Positions 8,383 through 19,936 of a stretch of DNA of 32,000 nucleotides are shown piece after piece. Below the pieces are notes generated by a model. The model saw only the letters and a program-made list of their open reading frames with translations. It did no database searches and was not told the DNA's origin. The DNA is from Raphidiopsis brookii D9 (GTDB taxonomy: Bacteria > Cyanobacteriota > Cyanobacteriia > Cyanobacteriales > Nostocaceae), in NCBI GenBank assembly GCA_000175855.1, contig ACYB01000007.1, positions 1-32,000 on the forward strand, written 5' to 3'. Every line of letters begins with the position of its first letter. Position 1 is the first letter of the stretch. The position numbers were made by a program, and so were the translations under genes.

Positions 8383-9696
8383 ATGAGTTTAGAAATTAGT
8401 TTACAACCCACCCTAAAAGAAATTGCCCAAAAAACCCGTTTAGCTGCTCTTAATTTATCCCTATTAACCAGTAAACAGAAAGATTATGCTCTTGATACAG
8501 TTGCTTTGGCTTTAGAGTCTGCTCAAGAAGAAATCCTTCAGGCAAATATAGCTGATTGTCAAACTGCAATGTCTCAGGGTATCAGTAAATCATTATATAA
8601 ACGATTGTATTTAGATTCTAATAAACTACAAGAAGCGATCGCTGGTGTAAGAGATCTAGTCAAACTAAAGGATCCAGTGGGTCAAGTTCAAATCCATCGA
8701 GAAATTGACAGGGGATTAATTCTCAAGCGTATAACCTGTCCCTTGGGTGTGCTGGGGGTTATTTTTGAAGCTAGACCAGAAGCTGCTATTCAAATTGTTT
8801 CCCTGGCAATTAAATCAGGGAATGGAGTCATTCTTAAAGGAGGGAGAGAAGCAATAGGTTCTTGTGATGCCATAGTAAAGGCGATTAAACAAGGTTTATC
8901 CAAGACCGATATTAACCCGGATGTGGTACAGTTATTAACCACCCGAGAAGAAATATTAGAACTTTTAAATTTAGATAAATATGTAGATTTAATCATTCCT
9001 AGGGGTTCAAATTCCTTTGTCAGATTTGTGCAAGAAAATACTCGAATTCCAGTATTGGGTCACGCGGATGGAATTTGTCATCTGTATGTAGATAAAGCAG
9101 CAGATATTCATAAGGCAATTGATATTACTGTAGATGCCAAAACCCAATATGCAGCTGCATGTAATGCCATTGAAACCTTACTAGTACACAGTAGTATTGC
9201 CCAGGAATTTTTGCCCCAAGTTGCATCAGCTTTAGAATCTGAAAATGTAGAACTAAGGGGAGATAACCGAACCTTGGAAATATTACCAAAAATTGAATTG
9301 GCCACGGAAGAAGATTGGCAAACAGAATATAGTGATTTGATTTTGTCCATTAAAATAGTTGATTCCTTAGAAGACGCTATCGCTCACATCAGTGAGTATG
9401 GTTCACGGCATACCGAAGCGATAATCACAGAAGACTTGATAGCAGCCAATACCTTTCAAGCATTAGTCAATGCAGCAGGAGTATATCAAAATTGTTCCAC
9501 TAGATTTGCTGATGGTTTTCGTTATGGTTTTGGTGCAGAAGTGGGAATTAGTACCCAACAAATGCCACCTCGGGGACCTGTGGGTTTAGAAGGGTTGGTA
9601 ACCTATAAATATCATATAATTGGGGATGGACACATTGTGAAAACCTATACAGGCGATCGCAGGAAAGGGTTTACCCATAAAGATCTAGGAATCTAA
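8383..9696 (+). CDS. proA: Glutamate-5-semialdehyde dehydrogenase (gamma-glutamyl phosphate reductase)
   Basis: Full-length ProA-like sequence ([46 protein letters not shown]). I prefer the internal ATG at 8383 (MSLEISLQ...) over the GTG at 8311. Confidence 0.9.
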   Translation: MSLEISLQPTLKEIAQKTRLAALNLSLLTSKQKDYALDTVALALESAQEEILQANIADCQTAMSQGISKSLYKRLYLDSNKLQEAIAGVRDLVKLKDPVGQVQIHREIDRGLILKRITCPLGVLGVIFEARPEAAIQIVSLAIKSGNGVILKGGREAIGSCDAIVKAIKQGLSKTDINPDVVQLLTTREEILELLNLDKYVDLIIPRGSNSFVRFVQENTRIPVLGHADGICHLYVDKAADIHKAIDITVDAKTQYAAACNAIETLLVHSSIAQEFLPQVASALESENVELRGDNRTLEILPKIELATEEDWQTEYSDLILSIKIVDSLEDAIAHISEYGSRHTEAIITEDLIAANTFQALVNAAGVYQNCSTRFADGFRYGFGAEVGISTQQMPPRGPVGLEGLVTYKYHIIGDGHIVKTYTGDRRKGFTHKDLGI

Positions 9697-10667
9697 GAGT
9701 GTGATTGGGCAATACTGTAAAGTTTTCGAAAAGAATGCAATTTTTTAAAGAATCTGTCAAAATCAAAACTCAAGGGGTCAACCTTACCATTAGCCACATC
9801 TACAGCTCGATGAGTGGTGATTCTTTCATCGGGAACTTGGCTTTGGGCAATCAACCAAGCTAGGGAATTGTATTGCTCGTGTGTATAACCACTATGTTCT
9901 CTAATATCTCTTTTTCCCCAACCATCAGGAGGTGTTTCTAAAGAAACATGATAGGCAAAATTATTAACGGAAGGAGCTAATTTAGGATTAGTTTGAACTG
10001 TCTCTATTATGCCATCTGTATTTTTAAAAACTGAATTACCAGCGCCAAATGCTCTTTTATCGGGTGGTACTAAATAAATTACAGTTCCATCCCGGGCAAT
10101 GATGGCATGATAACTAGCTTGAATATCTTCATCCACATTATGGTTTTGAAAGTAATTGATTGCACTGCTAGCAGAATATGTTGTTTCATGTAAAACAATA
10201 ATTGGTTGGTTACTAACCGCCATACCCTTAGTATCCCGACTAAATCTTTCCCCATAGTTACTGGGATGCACTTGTGCTGCTGCTAACCTAGGTTGATACT
10301 TACTAAAGTTATTAGTTGTGATGTATTTTTTCACAACCTTTTTTTGTTTAATTCTTTCGATAAGTGACTGAGAAAAATTTTGTATTTGTATTGATTTCGG
10401 TTGTATTGTTTTTGATTGTGCCTGTAATAATTGTTTTGGGTATGGATTCACAACTACTGGTTGAGATGTTTCAGAATCACTCAAGGAGTTCTGTCCATAC
10501 TGTTCCCTTAGTACACCGGTAAAAATTACTATAATAAGGGTAGTCAACATCAAAAAGATAATGCTCACTCTTGTTGTCCAATCCTTTGCTCCTCTGACTA
10601 TCAGTTCGTGGGAAATTAACCTTTGCACAAACGAACTAACAGGTGAACTAAAATATTTCCACTTCAT
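9693..10667 (-). CDS. Membrane-anchored N-acetylmuramoyl-L-alanine amidase (Amidase_2/PGRP fold)
   Basis: It has an N-terminal TM segment ([20 protein letters not shown]). The C-terminal [10 protein letters not shown]...[17 protein letters not shown]...[10 protein letters not shown]...[11 protein letters not shown]...ITTHRAVD is typical of AmpD/PGRP-type amidases. Confidence 0.8.
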   Translation of the reverse strand: MKWKYFSSPVSSFVQRLISHELIVRGAKDWTTRVSIIFLMLTTLIIVIFTGVLREQYGQNSLSDSETSQPVVVNPYPKQLLQAQSKTIQPKSIQIQNFSQSLIERIKQKKVVKKYITTNNFSKYQPRLAAAQVHPSNYGERFSRDTKGMAVSNQPIIVLHETTYSASSAINYFQNHNVDEDIQASYHAIIARDGTVIYLVPPDKRAFGAGNSVFKNTDGIIETVQTNPKLAPSVNNFAYHVSLETPPDGWGKRDIREHSGYTHEQYNSLAWLIAQSQVPDERITTHRAVDVANGKVDPLSFDFDRFFKKLHSFRKLYSIAQSHS

Positions 10668-10711
10668 ATTACTAAAAGTTAACCTATAAATATTGAGCTG
10701 CGTTTCAAAAT

Positions 10712-13700
10712 ATGACCTATTCCTTTCTCGAACGTCTACATAGTCCCGAACATCCAGTTATAGTGTTTGATGGTGCAATGGGGACAAACCTACAAATTCA
10801 GAACCTAAAAGCCGAGGATTTTGGAGGTCCGGAATACGAGGGGTGTAATGAATACCTAATACACACCAAACCGGAAGCGGTGGCTAAAGTTCACCGGGAC
10901 TTTTTACTAGCTGGCGCGGATGTAATTGAAACTGATACTTTTGGTGGCACCTCCATAGTTTTAGCAGAGTATGACTTAGCAGATCAAGCTTATTATCTAA
11001 GTAAGAAAGCCGCTGAGTTGGCTAAACGTGTAGCTGGGGAGTTTTCCACTCCGGAAAAACCCAGATTTGTTGCTGGTTCCATAGGTCCAACCACCAAGCT
11101 GCCAACTTTAGGACATATAGACTTTGACACCATGAAATCAGCCTTTGCTGAACAGGTAACAGCTCTATTTGATGGCGGGGTAGACCTATTTATCGTAGAA
11201 ACTTGCCAAGATGTGTTGCAGATTAAAGCTGCATTAAATGGCATCGAGGAAGTTTTCAGCCAAAAAGGTGAAAGAAGACCGGTTATGGTTTCCGTCACCA
11301 TGGAAAGCATGGGCACAATGCTGGTTGGGACAGAAATTGCCGCCGTTTTAACCATTTTAGCACCATATTCCATTGATATTCTAGGTTTAAACTGTGCCAC
11401 TGGTCCAGACTTAATGAAACCACACATTAAGTATTTATCAGAACATTCACCTTTTGTTGTATCCTGTATTCCCAATGCGGGGTTACCGGAAAATATAGGT
11501 GGTCAAGCTCACTATAAACTGACTCCCTTAGAACTGCGCATGGCGTTGATGCATTTTGTTGAAGATCTGGGTGTCCAAGTGATTGGGGGTTGCTGTGGGA
11601 CACGACCGGATCACATTCAACAATTGGCGGAAATTGCTAAGGATTTAAAACCAAAGGTGAGACAGCCAAGTTTGGAACCTGCTGCTGCATCAATTTACTC
11701 CACACAAAATTACACACAGGATAATTCGTTTTTAATAGTTGGTGAGCGTCTCAATGCTAGTGGTTCCAAAAAATGCCGTGATTTGCTCAATACTGAGGAC
11801 TGGGATGGTTTAGTTTCCATAGCTCGCAGTCAAGTTAAGGAAGGGGCTCACATCTTAGATGTGAATGTTGATTATGTGGGGAGAGACGGGGTGCGTGATA
11901 TGCACGAGTTAGTTTCTCGGGTAGTGAATAATGTAACTCTCCCCCTCATGCTAGATTCCACCGAATGGGAAAAAATGGAAGCGGGTTTAAAAGTAGCTGG
12001 GGGTAAGTGTTTACTGAATTCCACCAACTACGAAGATGGAGAACCACGTTTTTTAAAGGTCTTGGAATTAGGGAAAAAGTATGGTGCGGGTGTGGTGATT
12101 GGTACTATTGATGAGGAGGGAATGGCCAGAACAGCACAGAAGAAGTTTGAAATTGCCCAGCGCGCTTATCGTCAAGCGGTTGAGTATGGCATAGCCCCAT
12201 CAGAAATATTTTTTGACACTTTAGCTTTACCGATTTCTACTGGTATAGAAGAGGATCGGAAAAATGGTAGTGCTACCATAGAGTCCATTCGTCGTATCAG
12301 GGAAGAATTGCCAGACTGTCATGTAATTTTGGGTGTATCTAATATATCCTTTGGTTTAAATCCAGCAGCGCGGATTGTATTAAACTCTATGTTTTTACAT
12401 GAGGCAATGGGAGCTGGGATGGATGCAGCTATTGTTAGTGCAAGCAAAATTTTGCCTTTAGCGAAAATTGACCCACAACATCAGGAGGTGTGTAAACAAC
12501 TAATATATGATCAGCGAAGATTCGAGGGGAATGTATGTGTATACGATCCCTTAGCTGAATTAACGAGATTATTTGCGGGAGTTAAGGCTAAACAGAATCG
12601 GGGAATTGATGAAAGTTTGCCCATTGAAGAGCGGTTGAAACTACATATTATTGATGGTGAGAGAATAGGTTTGGAGGCCCAATTAGCCAAGGCCTTGGAA
12701 CAGTATCCCCCCTTAGATATCATCAACACTTTCTTGTTGGATGGGATGAAGGTTGTAGGTGAATTATTTGGTGCTGGGCAAATGCAGCTACCCTTTGTTT
12801 TACAATCAGCAGAAACCATGAAAGCAGCGGTGGCTTATTTGGAACCATTTATGGAAAAGTCGGGAGCTGGTAGTAATGGGAAGGGGATTTTTGTGATTGC
12901 CACGGTTAAGGGCGATGTTCATGACATTGGTAAAAATCTGGTAGATATCATCTTATCCAATAATGGTTATAAGGTGATTAATTTGGGGATTAAGCAACCA
13001 GTAGAAAATATCATTCAGGCTTATGAAAAGCATCAACCTGATTGTATTGCCATGAGTGGTTTATTAGTTAAATCCACCGCATTTATGAAGGAGAATTTAG
13101 AGGTTTTTAATGAAAAAGGGATTACGGTTCCTGTAATTTTGGGAGGTGCGGCATTAACTCCTAAGTTTGTCAATCAGGATTGTCAAAACACCTATCATGG
13201 CAAGGTGATTTATGGTAAAGACGCTTTTGATGACTTGAATTTTATGGATAAATTAATGCCAGCAAAAGCAGCGGGTAAATGGGATGATTTACAAGGATTT
13301 TTGGATGAGGTTAAGGGAGATCTCCCAGAGATTAACACCCAAATTAAAGAGCAGATTAAGGAGGAGGTAAAACAGCAACCCAGGGAAGTAGATACCCAAC
13401 GTTCTGAAGCCGTGAATGCCAACATTGAACGTCCCCAACCACCTTTTTGGGGAAGTAGATTTTTACAACCCCAGGATATTCCTCTAGAAGAAGTATTGTA
13501 CTATTTAGATTTACAGGCTTTGATAGTAGGACAATGGCAATTTCGCAAACCCAAAGAAAAGTCTCAAGCAGAACACCAGCAGTTTTTAATTGATACGGTC
13601 TACCCCCTTTTAGAAAACTGGAAGCAACGTGTAATCCAGGAGAAATTATTGCATCCCCAGGTGATTTATGGATATTTCCCCTGTCAAGCAGTAGGCAATA

Positions 13701-14245
13701 GTTTATGGATTTATGAAACTACCCAGATTAATGGCAAAGATCCTGTAATTAGCACAACTTTTAAATTTCCTCGCCAACGCTCCGGGAGAAGATATTGTAT
13801 TGCTGATTTCTTTGCTCCCAAAGAGTCAGGATTAATTGATGTATTCCCCATGCAAGCAGTAACTGTGGGAGAGGTAGCAACACAGTTTGCCCAGAAGTTA
13901 TTTGCTGAGGATAAATACACTGACTATCTCTATTTTCATGGGATAGCGGTGCAGGTAGCTGAGGCACTAGCAGAATGGACTCACGCTAAAATACGCCAAG
14001 AGCTGGGATTTGGCAATGTTGAACCGAACAATATTCGGGACATTTTAGCTCAACGTTACCAGGGTTCTCGATATAGTTTTGGCTACCCAGCTTGTCCTAA
14101 CATTTCCGATCAGTACAAGCAGCTACAATTATTAGATGCTAAGAGGATGGGTATGTATATGGATGAAAGTGAACAATTGTATCCTGAACAGTCCACAACT
14201 GCAATTATTGCTTATCATCCGACAGCTAAGTATTTTACGGCTTAA
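10712..14245 (+). CDS. metH: Cobalamin-dependent methionine synthase
   Basis: This 1177-aa ORF has homocysteine-binding, pterin-binding, B12-binding (GDVHDIGKN = DxHxxG) and AdoMet-activation regions in the canonical order. Confidence 0.95.
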   Translation: MTYSFLERLHSPEHPVIVFDGAMGTNLQIQNLKAEDFGGPEYEGCNEYLIHTKPEAVAKVHRDFLLAGADVIETDTFGGTSIVLAEYDLADQAYYLSKKAAELAKRVAGEFSTPEKPRFVAGSIGPTTKLPTLGHIDFDTMKSAFAEQVTALFDGGVDLFIVETCQDVLQIKAALNGIEEVFSQKGERRPVMVSVTMESMGTMLVGTEIAAVLTILAPYSIDILGLNCATGPDLMKPHIKYLSEHSPFVVSCIPNAGLPENIGGQAHYKLTPLELRMALMHFVEDLGVQVIGGCCGTRPDHIQQLAEIAKDLKPKVRQPSLEPAAASIYSTQNYTQDNSFLIVGERLNASGSKKCRDLLNTEDWDGLVSIARSQVKEGAHILDVNVDYVGRDGVRDMHELVSRVVNNVTLPLMLDSTEWEKMEAGLKVAGGKCLLNSTNYEDGEPRFLKVLELGKKYGAGVVIGTIDEEGMARTAQKKFEIAQRAYRQAVEYGIAPSEIFFDTLALPISTGIEEDRKNGSATIESIRRIREELPDCHVILGVSNISFGLNPAARIVLNSMFLHEAMGAGMDAAIVSASKILPLAKIDPQHQEVCKQLIYDQRRFEGNVCVYDPLAELTRLFAGVKAKQNRGIDESLPIEERLKLHIIDGERIGLEAQLAKALEQYPPLDIINTFLLDGMKVVGELFGAGQMQLPFVLQSAETMKAAVAYLEPFMEKSGAGSNGKGIFVIATVKGDVHDIGKNLVDIILSNNGYKVINLGIKQPVENIIQAYEKHQPDCIAMSGLLVKSTAFMKENLEVFNEKGITVPVILGGAALTPKFVNQDCQNTYHGKVIYGKDAFDDLNFMDKLMPAKAAGKWDDLQGFLDEVKGDLPEINTQIKEQIKEEVKQQPREVDTQRSEAVNANIERPQPPFWGSRFLQPQDIPLEEVLYYLDLQALIVGQWQFRKPKEKSQAEHQQFLIDTVYPLLENWKQRVIQEKLLHPQVIYGYFPCQAVGNSLWIYETTQINGKDPVISTTFKFPRQRSGRRYCIADFFAPKESGLIDVFPMQAVTVGEVATQFAQKLFAEDKYTDYLYFHGIAVQVAEALAEWTHAKIRQELGFGNVEPNNIRDILAQRYQGSRYSFGYPACPNISDQYKQLQLLDAKRMGMYMDESEQLYPEQSTTAIIAYHPTAKYFTA

Positions 14246-14513
14246 TTAGGAAAAAGTGAGGAAAATCTTATATCTTTGTTATCCAAATCCTGTCCTTATG
14301 GGGTAATGGATGATAATAATGTGGGTGTTGGTCTAAATTCCTCACTTCTTTTGTTCTCTTTAAATGTTTCCAATTGTCCATTAAGGCAACTTTAAGATAA
14401 TTTTGAGCATTTATTAGAGAATTAAAAGCTGAAAATATAAATGTCGTGGAGTGGATAAGGTCACTGATTAGGGGCTCCCGTACCAACTTCATGTTAATTA
14501 CAGATAAATTGTC

Positions 14514-16088
14514 ATGAATATGCCTAATTTTCCCTGGTTGACGACGATTATTCTTTTTCCAATAGCTGCGTCACTACTCATTCCTATCATCCCCGATAAG
14601 GAGGGTAAAACAGTCCGTTGGTTTGCCTTGATTGTGGGTCTTATTGATTTTGCCCTGATTGTCGCTGCTTTCTACACTGGTTATGATTTCTCTAATCCGG
14701 ACCTTCAATTGGTAGAAAGTTATTCCTGGATCCCACAAATAGATTTGAAGTGGTCTGTGGGTGTGGATGGCTTATCCATGCCTCTAATTATTTTGACGGG
14801 TTTTATTACAACTTTGGCTGCTTTAGCTGCATGGCCTGTAACCTTTAAACCAAGGCTATTTTACTTCTTACTTTTAGCTATGTACGGTGGCCAAATTGCC
14901 GTGTTTGCAGTCCAGGACATGTTGTTGTTTTTCCTGGTGTGGGAGCTGGAATTGATTCCCGTCTACCTTTTACTGGCTATCTGGGGTGGTAAAAAACGCC
15001 ATTACGCAGCAACTAAGTTTATTTTGTATACTGCTGGTGGTTCCCTATTTATTCTCCTGGGATCTCTAACTATGGCATTCTATGGTGATAATATCACTTT
15101 TGATATGTCATCCCTAGCCTTAAAAGACTATGCTCTCAACTTACAACTGCTACTATATGCCGGCTTTTTAATTGCCTATGCGGTTAAATTGCCTATCATT
15201 CCCCTCCATACCTGGTTACCAGATGCTCACGGAGAAGCTACGGCACCAGTACACATGTTGTTGGCAGGTATTTTGCTCAAAATGGGTGGGTATGCTCTAA
15301 TTCGCATGAATGCCCAAATGCTACCTGATGCCCATGCCTACTTTGCTCCGGTATTAGTTATTTTAGGTGTGGTAAATATCATTTATGCAGCTTTAACCTC
15401 TTTTGCCCAGCGCAATCTCAAACGGAAAATCGCCTATTCTTCCATATCCCACATGGGTTTTGTCACTATAGGTATTGCCTCGTTTACTGATCTGGGTTTA
15501 AGTGGTGCAGTTTTACAAATGGTCTCCCATGGTTTAATCGGTGCGAGTTTGTTTTTCCTAGTAGGTGCTACCTATGACCGGACTCACACCCTGATGCTGG
15601 ACGAAATGGGCGGGGTTGGTAAGCGGATGAAGAAAATTTTCGCTATGTTTACCACCTGTTCTATGGCCTCTTTAGCTTTACCAGGAATGAGTGGCTTTGT
15701 AGCGGAACTAATGGTGTTTGTGGGCTTTGCTACTAGCGATGCTTATAACCCCACTTTTAAGGTGATTGTAGTATTATTGATGGCAATCGGTGTGATTTTA
15801 ACCCCCATTTATTTGTTGTCAATGCTGCGGGAAATATTCTATGGTCAAGAAAACGACGAGTTAGTTTCTCACCAAGCATTAATTGATGCTGAACCAAGGG
15901 AAGTATTCATTATTGCCTGTTTATTAGTCCCCATTATTGGTATTGGTTTTTACCCCAAGTTGCTCACCCAAATTTATGATGCAACTACAGTACAATTAAC
16001 TCAAAGATTGCGGGACTCAGTCCCCACCTTAACTGCGGAAAAAGAAATACAACATGTTTCCGTAAATACCCCCATGATTGCCCAATAG
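14514..16088 (+). CDS. ndhD: NAD(P)H-quinone oxidoreductase (NDH-1) subunit 4
   Basis: This 524-aa polytopic membrane protein carries the NdhD/NuoM signatures ([41 protein letters not shown]). Confidence 0.95.
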   Translation: MNMPNFPWLTTIILFPIAASLLIPIIPDKEGKTVRWFALIVGLIDFALIVAAFYTGYDFSNPDLQLVESYSWIPQIDLKWSVGVDGLSMPLIILTGFITTLAALAAWPVTFKPRLFYFLLLAMYGGQIAVFAVQDMLLFFLVWELELIPVYLLLAIWGGKKRHYAATKFILYTAGGSLFILLGSLTMAFYGDNITFDMSSLALKDYALNLQLLLYAGFLIAYAVKLPIIPLHTWLPDAHGEATAPVHMLLAGILLKMGGYALIRMNAQMLPDAHAYFAPVLVILGVVNIIYAALTSFAQRNLKRKIAYSSISHMGFVTIGIASFTDLGLSGAVLQMVSHGLIGASLFFLVGATYDRTHTLMLDEMGGVGKRMKKIFAMFTTCSMASLALPGMSGFVAELMVFVGFATSDAYNPTFKVIVVLLMAIGVILTPIYLLSMLREIFYGQENDELVSHQALIDAEPREVFIIACLLVPIIGIGFYPKLLTQIYDATTVQLTQRLRDSVPTLTAEKEIQHVSVNTPMIAQ

Positions 16089-16104
16089 TTCAGTTCTTGA
16101 TTCA

Positions 16105-16124
16105 TCCCCACCCTCAGGTGGGGA
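16105..16124. terminator. Stem-loop between the convergent ndhD and HEAT-repeat genes
   Basis: TCCCCACC-ctca-GGTGGGGA is an 8-bp perfect GC-rich stem with a 4-nt loop, lying exactly in the 40-nt gap between the two stop codons. There is no clear U-tract on either strand. Confidence 0.5.
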
Positions 16125-16128
16125 CTAC

Positions 16129-16887
16129 CTAAAACCAACCTTCCTGTTCTAGGGTTTCAATGAGTTGTAACCCACGGGGATCTCCCACTCCTAATAGTGA
16201 AGCTTTGGCATCTTCTTTAACTCCTAAGTCCTGATCCTCAGCAAAAGCTTGAATTAAGGCGTCTATGGCTGTAGCGTAAATAATATTGGAAGGTAACTCT
16301 TTACACAGTTGACCAATTGCCCAGGCGGAGTTACTGCGCACTCCTGGAGTAGGATCTTGAACTAAGGCTTCTATTAAAGGTGGTATAGCACGAACTATAG
16401 CTTCATAACCTATATTTGCCATTTGCGCTAAGGCACTAGCTGCCCATAAACGCACTGCGGAAATATCTGTTTTTAAAGCATCCGTGAGGGGGTTTAAACA
16501 ACGATGATCATGGCAATTGCCTAGTGCCCAAACTACACCCTTTCTCACATAGCCATTTAAATCAAGATTTAGCTGATTAATTAGGGGGTCAACCGCTTCC
16601 ATAGCAGTATTACGACCTAGGGCGTATGCCGCACTAACTCGCACTAAAGGACAATAGTCAGATAATAATTTAACTAGATATGGTATGGATCGCTGATCGG
16701 AAATGTCACAAAAAGCACGAGCAGCCAACATTCTTTGTTTAGAATCGGATGCTTGCAAGAGTTCTAGCATGGCATCAGGATCGGGTTTCACTATTTCCGA
16801 TTCCGAGGTAATTGGTTCTATATTATCTAGTGGACTTTGGAGATCTACTTCATCATCGAGCACATTAGCATTCTCTTTATCATACAT
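16129..16887 (-). CDS. HEAT-repeat protein (PBS-lyase HEAT-like repeats)
   Basis: It contains repeated units of the form xxVRxxAAxALGxxxxxxAVxPLIxxL (VRVSAAYALGR, VRKGVVWALGN, VRLWAASALAQ, VRSNSAWAIGQ). Confidence 0.8.
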   Translation of the reverse strand: MYDKENANVLDDEVDLQSPLDNIEPITSESEIVKPDPDAMLELLQASDSKQRMLAARAFCDISDQRSIPYLVKLLSDYCPLVRVSAAYALGRNTAMEAVDPLINQLNLDLNGYVRKGVVWALGNCHDHRCLNPLTDALKTDISAVRLWAASALAQMANIGYEAIVRAIPPLIEALVQDPTPGVRSNSAWAIGQLCKELPSNIIYATAIDALIQAFAEDQDLGVKEDAKASLLGVGDPRGLQLIETLEQEGWF

Positions 16888-16911
16888 AAAATCTTTTCAG
16901 TTAGTTAAAAA

Positions 16912-17382
16912 TCAGCCCTCAAGAGATTTTATCATCCAGAGGGATTGGGTTTGATAACCTAGCTGTTGATAAAGCTCTAGAGCAGGGGTATTAGTGGTGA
17001 ACACCTGGAGTCCAATTTGTGGGTCTCCCTTCTGTTTAGCCCAGTTTTCCACGTGCTGGATGAGGGTTTTAGCAATACCCTGTCTACGGTGGGTAGGTTC
17101 CACATAAAGTAAAAATATGTGGGTATGACGACTACCTGTTACCTGATCTATGGCATTACCAGCCCACAAACAAGCTATTGGAGACGGTTGCTGATTTTTA
17201 TATACCCACCATAAAGGCGTATCATTGGAAAGATAGTTCTCCACAGTACGGGACAGGTGGGAAAAATCTTGGTAGGGAAAAATTTCTTGGTAAGTACGCT
17301 GGATAAACTTGACCAAGATGGCCTTGTCTAGGATAGAACCTCGACGAAGAGAATAGTCCGGCAAAGGAAATTCCAAAGTCAA
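16912..17382 (-). CDS. GNAT-family N-acetyltransferase
   Basis: The acetyl-CoA binding motif is present in LYVEPTHRRQGIAKTLIQHVENWAKQKG (Q/RxxGxG/A type). It uses a TTG start. Confidence 0.8.
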   Translation of the reverse strand: MTLEFPLPDYSLRRGSILDKAILVKFIQRTYQEIFPYQDFSHLSRTVENYLSNDTPLWWVYKNQQPSPIACLWAGNAIDQVTGSRHTHIFLLYVEPTHRRQGIAKTLIQHVENWAKQKGDPQIGLQVFTTNTPALELYQQLGYQTQSLWMIKSLEG

Positions 17383-17555
17383 ACGTTAAAATTGTAACTT
17401 AAGGTGTAAACTGATAAATGATGAATGATTGTGCCAACTGGAGCGGGTGCAGCCATGTCGGCGGGTAGAAAGATCCTCGCACTGACAGCAGCCAAGGCAA
17501 CTAAAAATACTAAAACAACCAGCAGGGGAGCGATGTACTGACGAAAAATAGACAT
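17379..17555 (-). CDS. Possible small membrane protein (58 aa), below the ORF-track size cut-off
   Basis: Hand translation gives MSIFRQYIAPLLVVLVFLVALAAVSARIFLPADMAAPAPVGTIIHHLSVYTLSYNFNV. It has one clear hydrophobic helix. Its TGA overlaps the TTG start of the GNAT gene (GTTTGAC). Confidence 0.35.
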   Translation of the reverse strand: MSIFRQYIAPLLVVLVFLVALAAVSARIFLPADMAAPAPVGTIIHHLSVYTLSYNFNV

Positions 17556-17578
17556 GATCTGTAATAATCTGGGTGGTT

Positions 17579-17977
17579 TTAATGTTCATCCCGATCTAAA
17601 TCATCAAGGACTTTTTCACAGTACCAATTTTCTGGCATTCCTGGATAGTTTTGTTGGGCCTGTTCAATTAATCTTTCTGCAGCAGCTACATCACCAGATA
17701 GTCTGGCAATGAGTCGGTTTTTCAGGTAACTTCCTGTTATTTCCTCATCTACTTGTTGGACAGAACCGAAATTTGCCGGTTGTAACTGTCGTCGCAGTTG
17801 CCAAAATATTACGTAGTAGAGAGCACCAAAAATTAACACCAGGCTGACTGTTCCTAGCAGGGTAAGCAGGCTAAATCCCAAATATCCTAAAACTAATTGG
17901 GAAACTACATAACCCAATAGTAACCCCGTAATTACTAATACAATTGTACCAAGAATAATTACTGCTTGTGGTTCCAT
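17579..17977 (-). CDS. Hypothetical two-TM membrane protein with a soluble C-terminal helical tail
   Basis: There are two hydrophobic helices in the first ~60 aa, then IARLSGDVAAAERLIEQAQQNYPGMPENWYCEKVLDDLDRD. It overlaps the ampG 3' end by 19 nt. Confidence 0.6.
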   Translation of the reverse strand: MEPQAVIILGTIVLVITGLLLGYVVSQLVLGYLGFSLLTLLGTVSLVLIFGALYYVIFWQLRRQLQPANFGSVQQVDEEITGSYLKNRLIARLSGDVAAAERLIEQAQQNYPGMPENWYCEKVLDDLDRDEH

Positions 17978-19470
17978 AAATCCTCCTCTTCAAGTCCCGG
18001 TCTGTTTACTGTTAACGATTTATTATTCCAAGGGGCGGCTATAGGTAACAGTATTAATCCAGGTAAAGCTGCTAATATAGATAACAAAAAGAAATTAGGC
18101 CAACCAGTAGCTTTTGCCCAGTCCCCTGCAGGTGCTGAAAGTATGTCTCGACTTAGTGCCATAAGACTAGAAAATAGAGCAAATTGCGTAGTGGTAAAGT
18201 TATGACTACATAAGCTCATTAGATAAGCTACTGTAGCTACGGTGACTAGTCCAGCGCTGGTGTTTTCGATCATAATAGCGATCGCCAGGAGAGAGTAGTC
18301 TTTGCCAACAATAGCTAGTGTATAGTAACCCAGATTGCTGAGTAGTTGGAGGATTCCAAATACCCAAAGGGCGCGGTTGATACCAATTTTAGACATTATT
18401 ATTCCACCGAGGATGACTCCTGTAGTAGTGGCTATTAGTCCAATAATGTAAACTGTTGCTAGTTCCTGGTTATTAAAGTTAATTTCTTTGGCAAATAGGT
18501 TGGCTGTGATTCCCACGAGGGAGTCTCCCAGCTTATAGAGTATAATGAAGATAAGGATAATTAGTGCTTTAGTAATACCATATTTTTCTAAGAAGATTTG
18601 TAGTGGTAAGATTACTGCTTCTTGTAGGGTGTGTGGTGTTAGGTCTTGGGACTGTTCATTTAGTTTGGGTTTGGGCAAGATAATTGAGGCCAGAACCCAA
18701 GTTATTAGTAGTCCACCTAATATCCAATAAAAGACTTGCACGGGGATTGCCTGGGAAATTACACCCCCCACTAAAGCAGCAGTTATGGTGATAATCAGCA
18801 GGAGAAATATAATATCCTTAGTTTTTAAAAACCTATTCTGGGGGGAATTGTTTTTCTCTTGGGTTTCTGGTGGAGCCAAAAGAGTGGTAATGAGTCCCAC
18901 GGTCATAAATCCCGCCATGAGTAGGTATACCATATTCCATGACAGAAATCCTGCTAGCCATGCTGCTAAAGAAAAGGCAATAAATAGGGCTACCCGATAA
19001 CCTAAAACCCATACAGATGCTCCGGTTTCCAATTCTAGAGGCTTTAAAATTTCGGTTCTATAGGCATCCCCAGCAATATCTTGGGTGGCACTAAAAAAGG
19101 CAATAATAAATGATATAATAGCTAGGGTGATTAGCACCTGGGTGTTTTGGGTTGGTTGCTGTAATGCCATGGTTACTATTGCTAGCACTAGGCCCAATTG
19201 AGTAAGGAACAACCAACCTCTCCTCCCCCCTAAAAAGGATGGAGAAAATCTATCAATTAGGGGAGACCAAATAAATTTTAAGGAGTATGGTAGACTAACC
19301 AGGCTAAATAATGTGATTTTGGCAACCTCTACATCAGCATCTTTCATCCATAGTTGCAGGGTGCGAGTGGTGAGAAACAGTGGTAACCCGGAAGCAAAAC
19401 CGAGTAACAGCAAACTTCCCATCTTGCGACTGTAAAATGCCTGTTTTAGTGCTTGGATTTCTTGAATCAT
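17959..19470 (-). CDS. ampG: AmpG-family muropeptide MFS permease
   Basis: This 503-aa polytopic protein has an AmpG-like N-terminus (LLLGFASGLPLFLTTRTLQLWM...FIWSPLIDRF...GRRRGWLFLTQL). Confidence 0.8.
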   Translation of the reverse strand: MIQEIQALKQAFYSRKMGSLLLLGFASGLPLFLTTRTLQLWMKDADVEVAKITLFSLVSLPYSLKFIWSPLIDRFSPSFLGGRRGWLFLTQLGLVLAIVTMALQQPTQNTQVLITLAIISFIIAFFSATQDIAGDAYRTEILKPLELETGASVWVLGYRVALFIAFSLAAWLAGFLSWNMVYLLMAGFMTVGLITTLLAPPETQEKNNSPQNRFLKTKDIIFLLLIITITAALVGGVISQAIPVQVFYWILGGLLITWVLASIILPKPKLNEQSQDLTPHTLQEAVILPLQIFLEKYGITKALIILIFIILYKLGDSLVGITANLFAKEINFNNQELATVYIIGLIATTTGVILGGIIMSKIGINRALWVFGILQLLSNLGYYTLAIVGKDYSLLAIAIMIENTSAGLVTVATVAYLMSLCSHNFTTTQFALFSSLMALSRDILSAPAGDWAKATGWPNFFLLSILAALPGLILLPIAAPWNNKSLTVNRPGLEEEDLWNHKQ

Positions 19471-19503
19471 GTCTGGTGTTATGGTTGATCAACTAGATTA
19501 TTA

Positions 19504-19899
19504 CTAGCTTTTCACATTCTTGCTAGTCAGATCTATGAAATCTTCAATACTCTTAATATTTGGATCCCCTGATAAATATCCTATACCTCTATGTAGGTGC
19601 AAGCGAAATTGGGTAATTAGGGTTTCTGAGTCTGTTCCTAAACCGTCGTTATTACACCGTTGTTTTAGTGCTAATAGGAAAATATCCGCCATTTCTCCCC
19701 CAAATACTTTCCAGGTCAGTTCTACATTACTATCTTGGGGTATGGGTATGGGTGATGGGGGACTGTTTTCAGCTAGAGAACGACAAAACGCCCACCGACA
19801 TAGTATATTCCATTGTTCTATACGGGTGACACGTTTTAATTTCAACAGTTGATCCTTGGCCGTCTGGGATAGTTTAATTCTTTCTATGGGTGATTCCAT
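19504..19899 (-). CDS. dndE: DNA sulfur modification protein DndE
   Basis: Its size (131 aa) and N-terminus (IKLSQTAKDQLLKLKRVTRIEQWNILCRWAFCRSLAE) match the DndE family. It lies directly downstream of dndD. Confidence 0.8.
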   Translation of the reverse strand: MESPIERIKLSQTAKDQLLKLKRVTRIEQWNILCRWAFCRSLAENSPPSPIPIPQDSNVELTWKVFGGEMADIFLLALKQRCNNDGLGTDSETLITQFRLHLHRGIGYLSGDPNIKSIEDFIDLTSKNVKS

Positions 19900-19936
19900 T
19901 TTTATACCTAATATGATATTAACTCTCTTAGCCTAA

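Noticed and set aside
10993-13967. Several antisense ORFs inside metH (10993..11475, 12511..12819, 13210..13425, 13711..13920, 13761..13967)
   Set aside because: metH is unambiguous along its full length, and these are reverse-frame artefacts.
14268-14492. 74-aa minus-strand ORF in the metH-ndhD spacer
   Set aside because: It has no recognisable motif, and there is no gene partner on that strand. It could be real, but the sequence alone does not support calling it.
17386-17589. 67-aa ORF from the track between the GNAT and 132-aa genes
   Set aside because: Its composition (CCQC, Ser/His-rich) is not protein-like, and it overlaps the 3' end of the 132-aa gene. The alternative 58-aa frame is more plausible.
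3849-19470. A possible functional link among the LysM protein, the Amidase_2 amidase and AmpG (a peptidoglycan theme)
   Set aside because: The three genes are separated by unrelated housekeeping genes (proA, metH, ndhD) and lie on different strands. The co-location is most simply coincidental.
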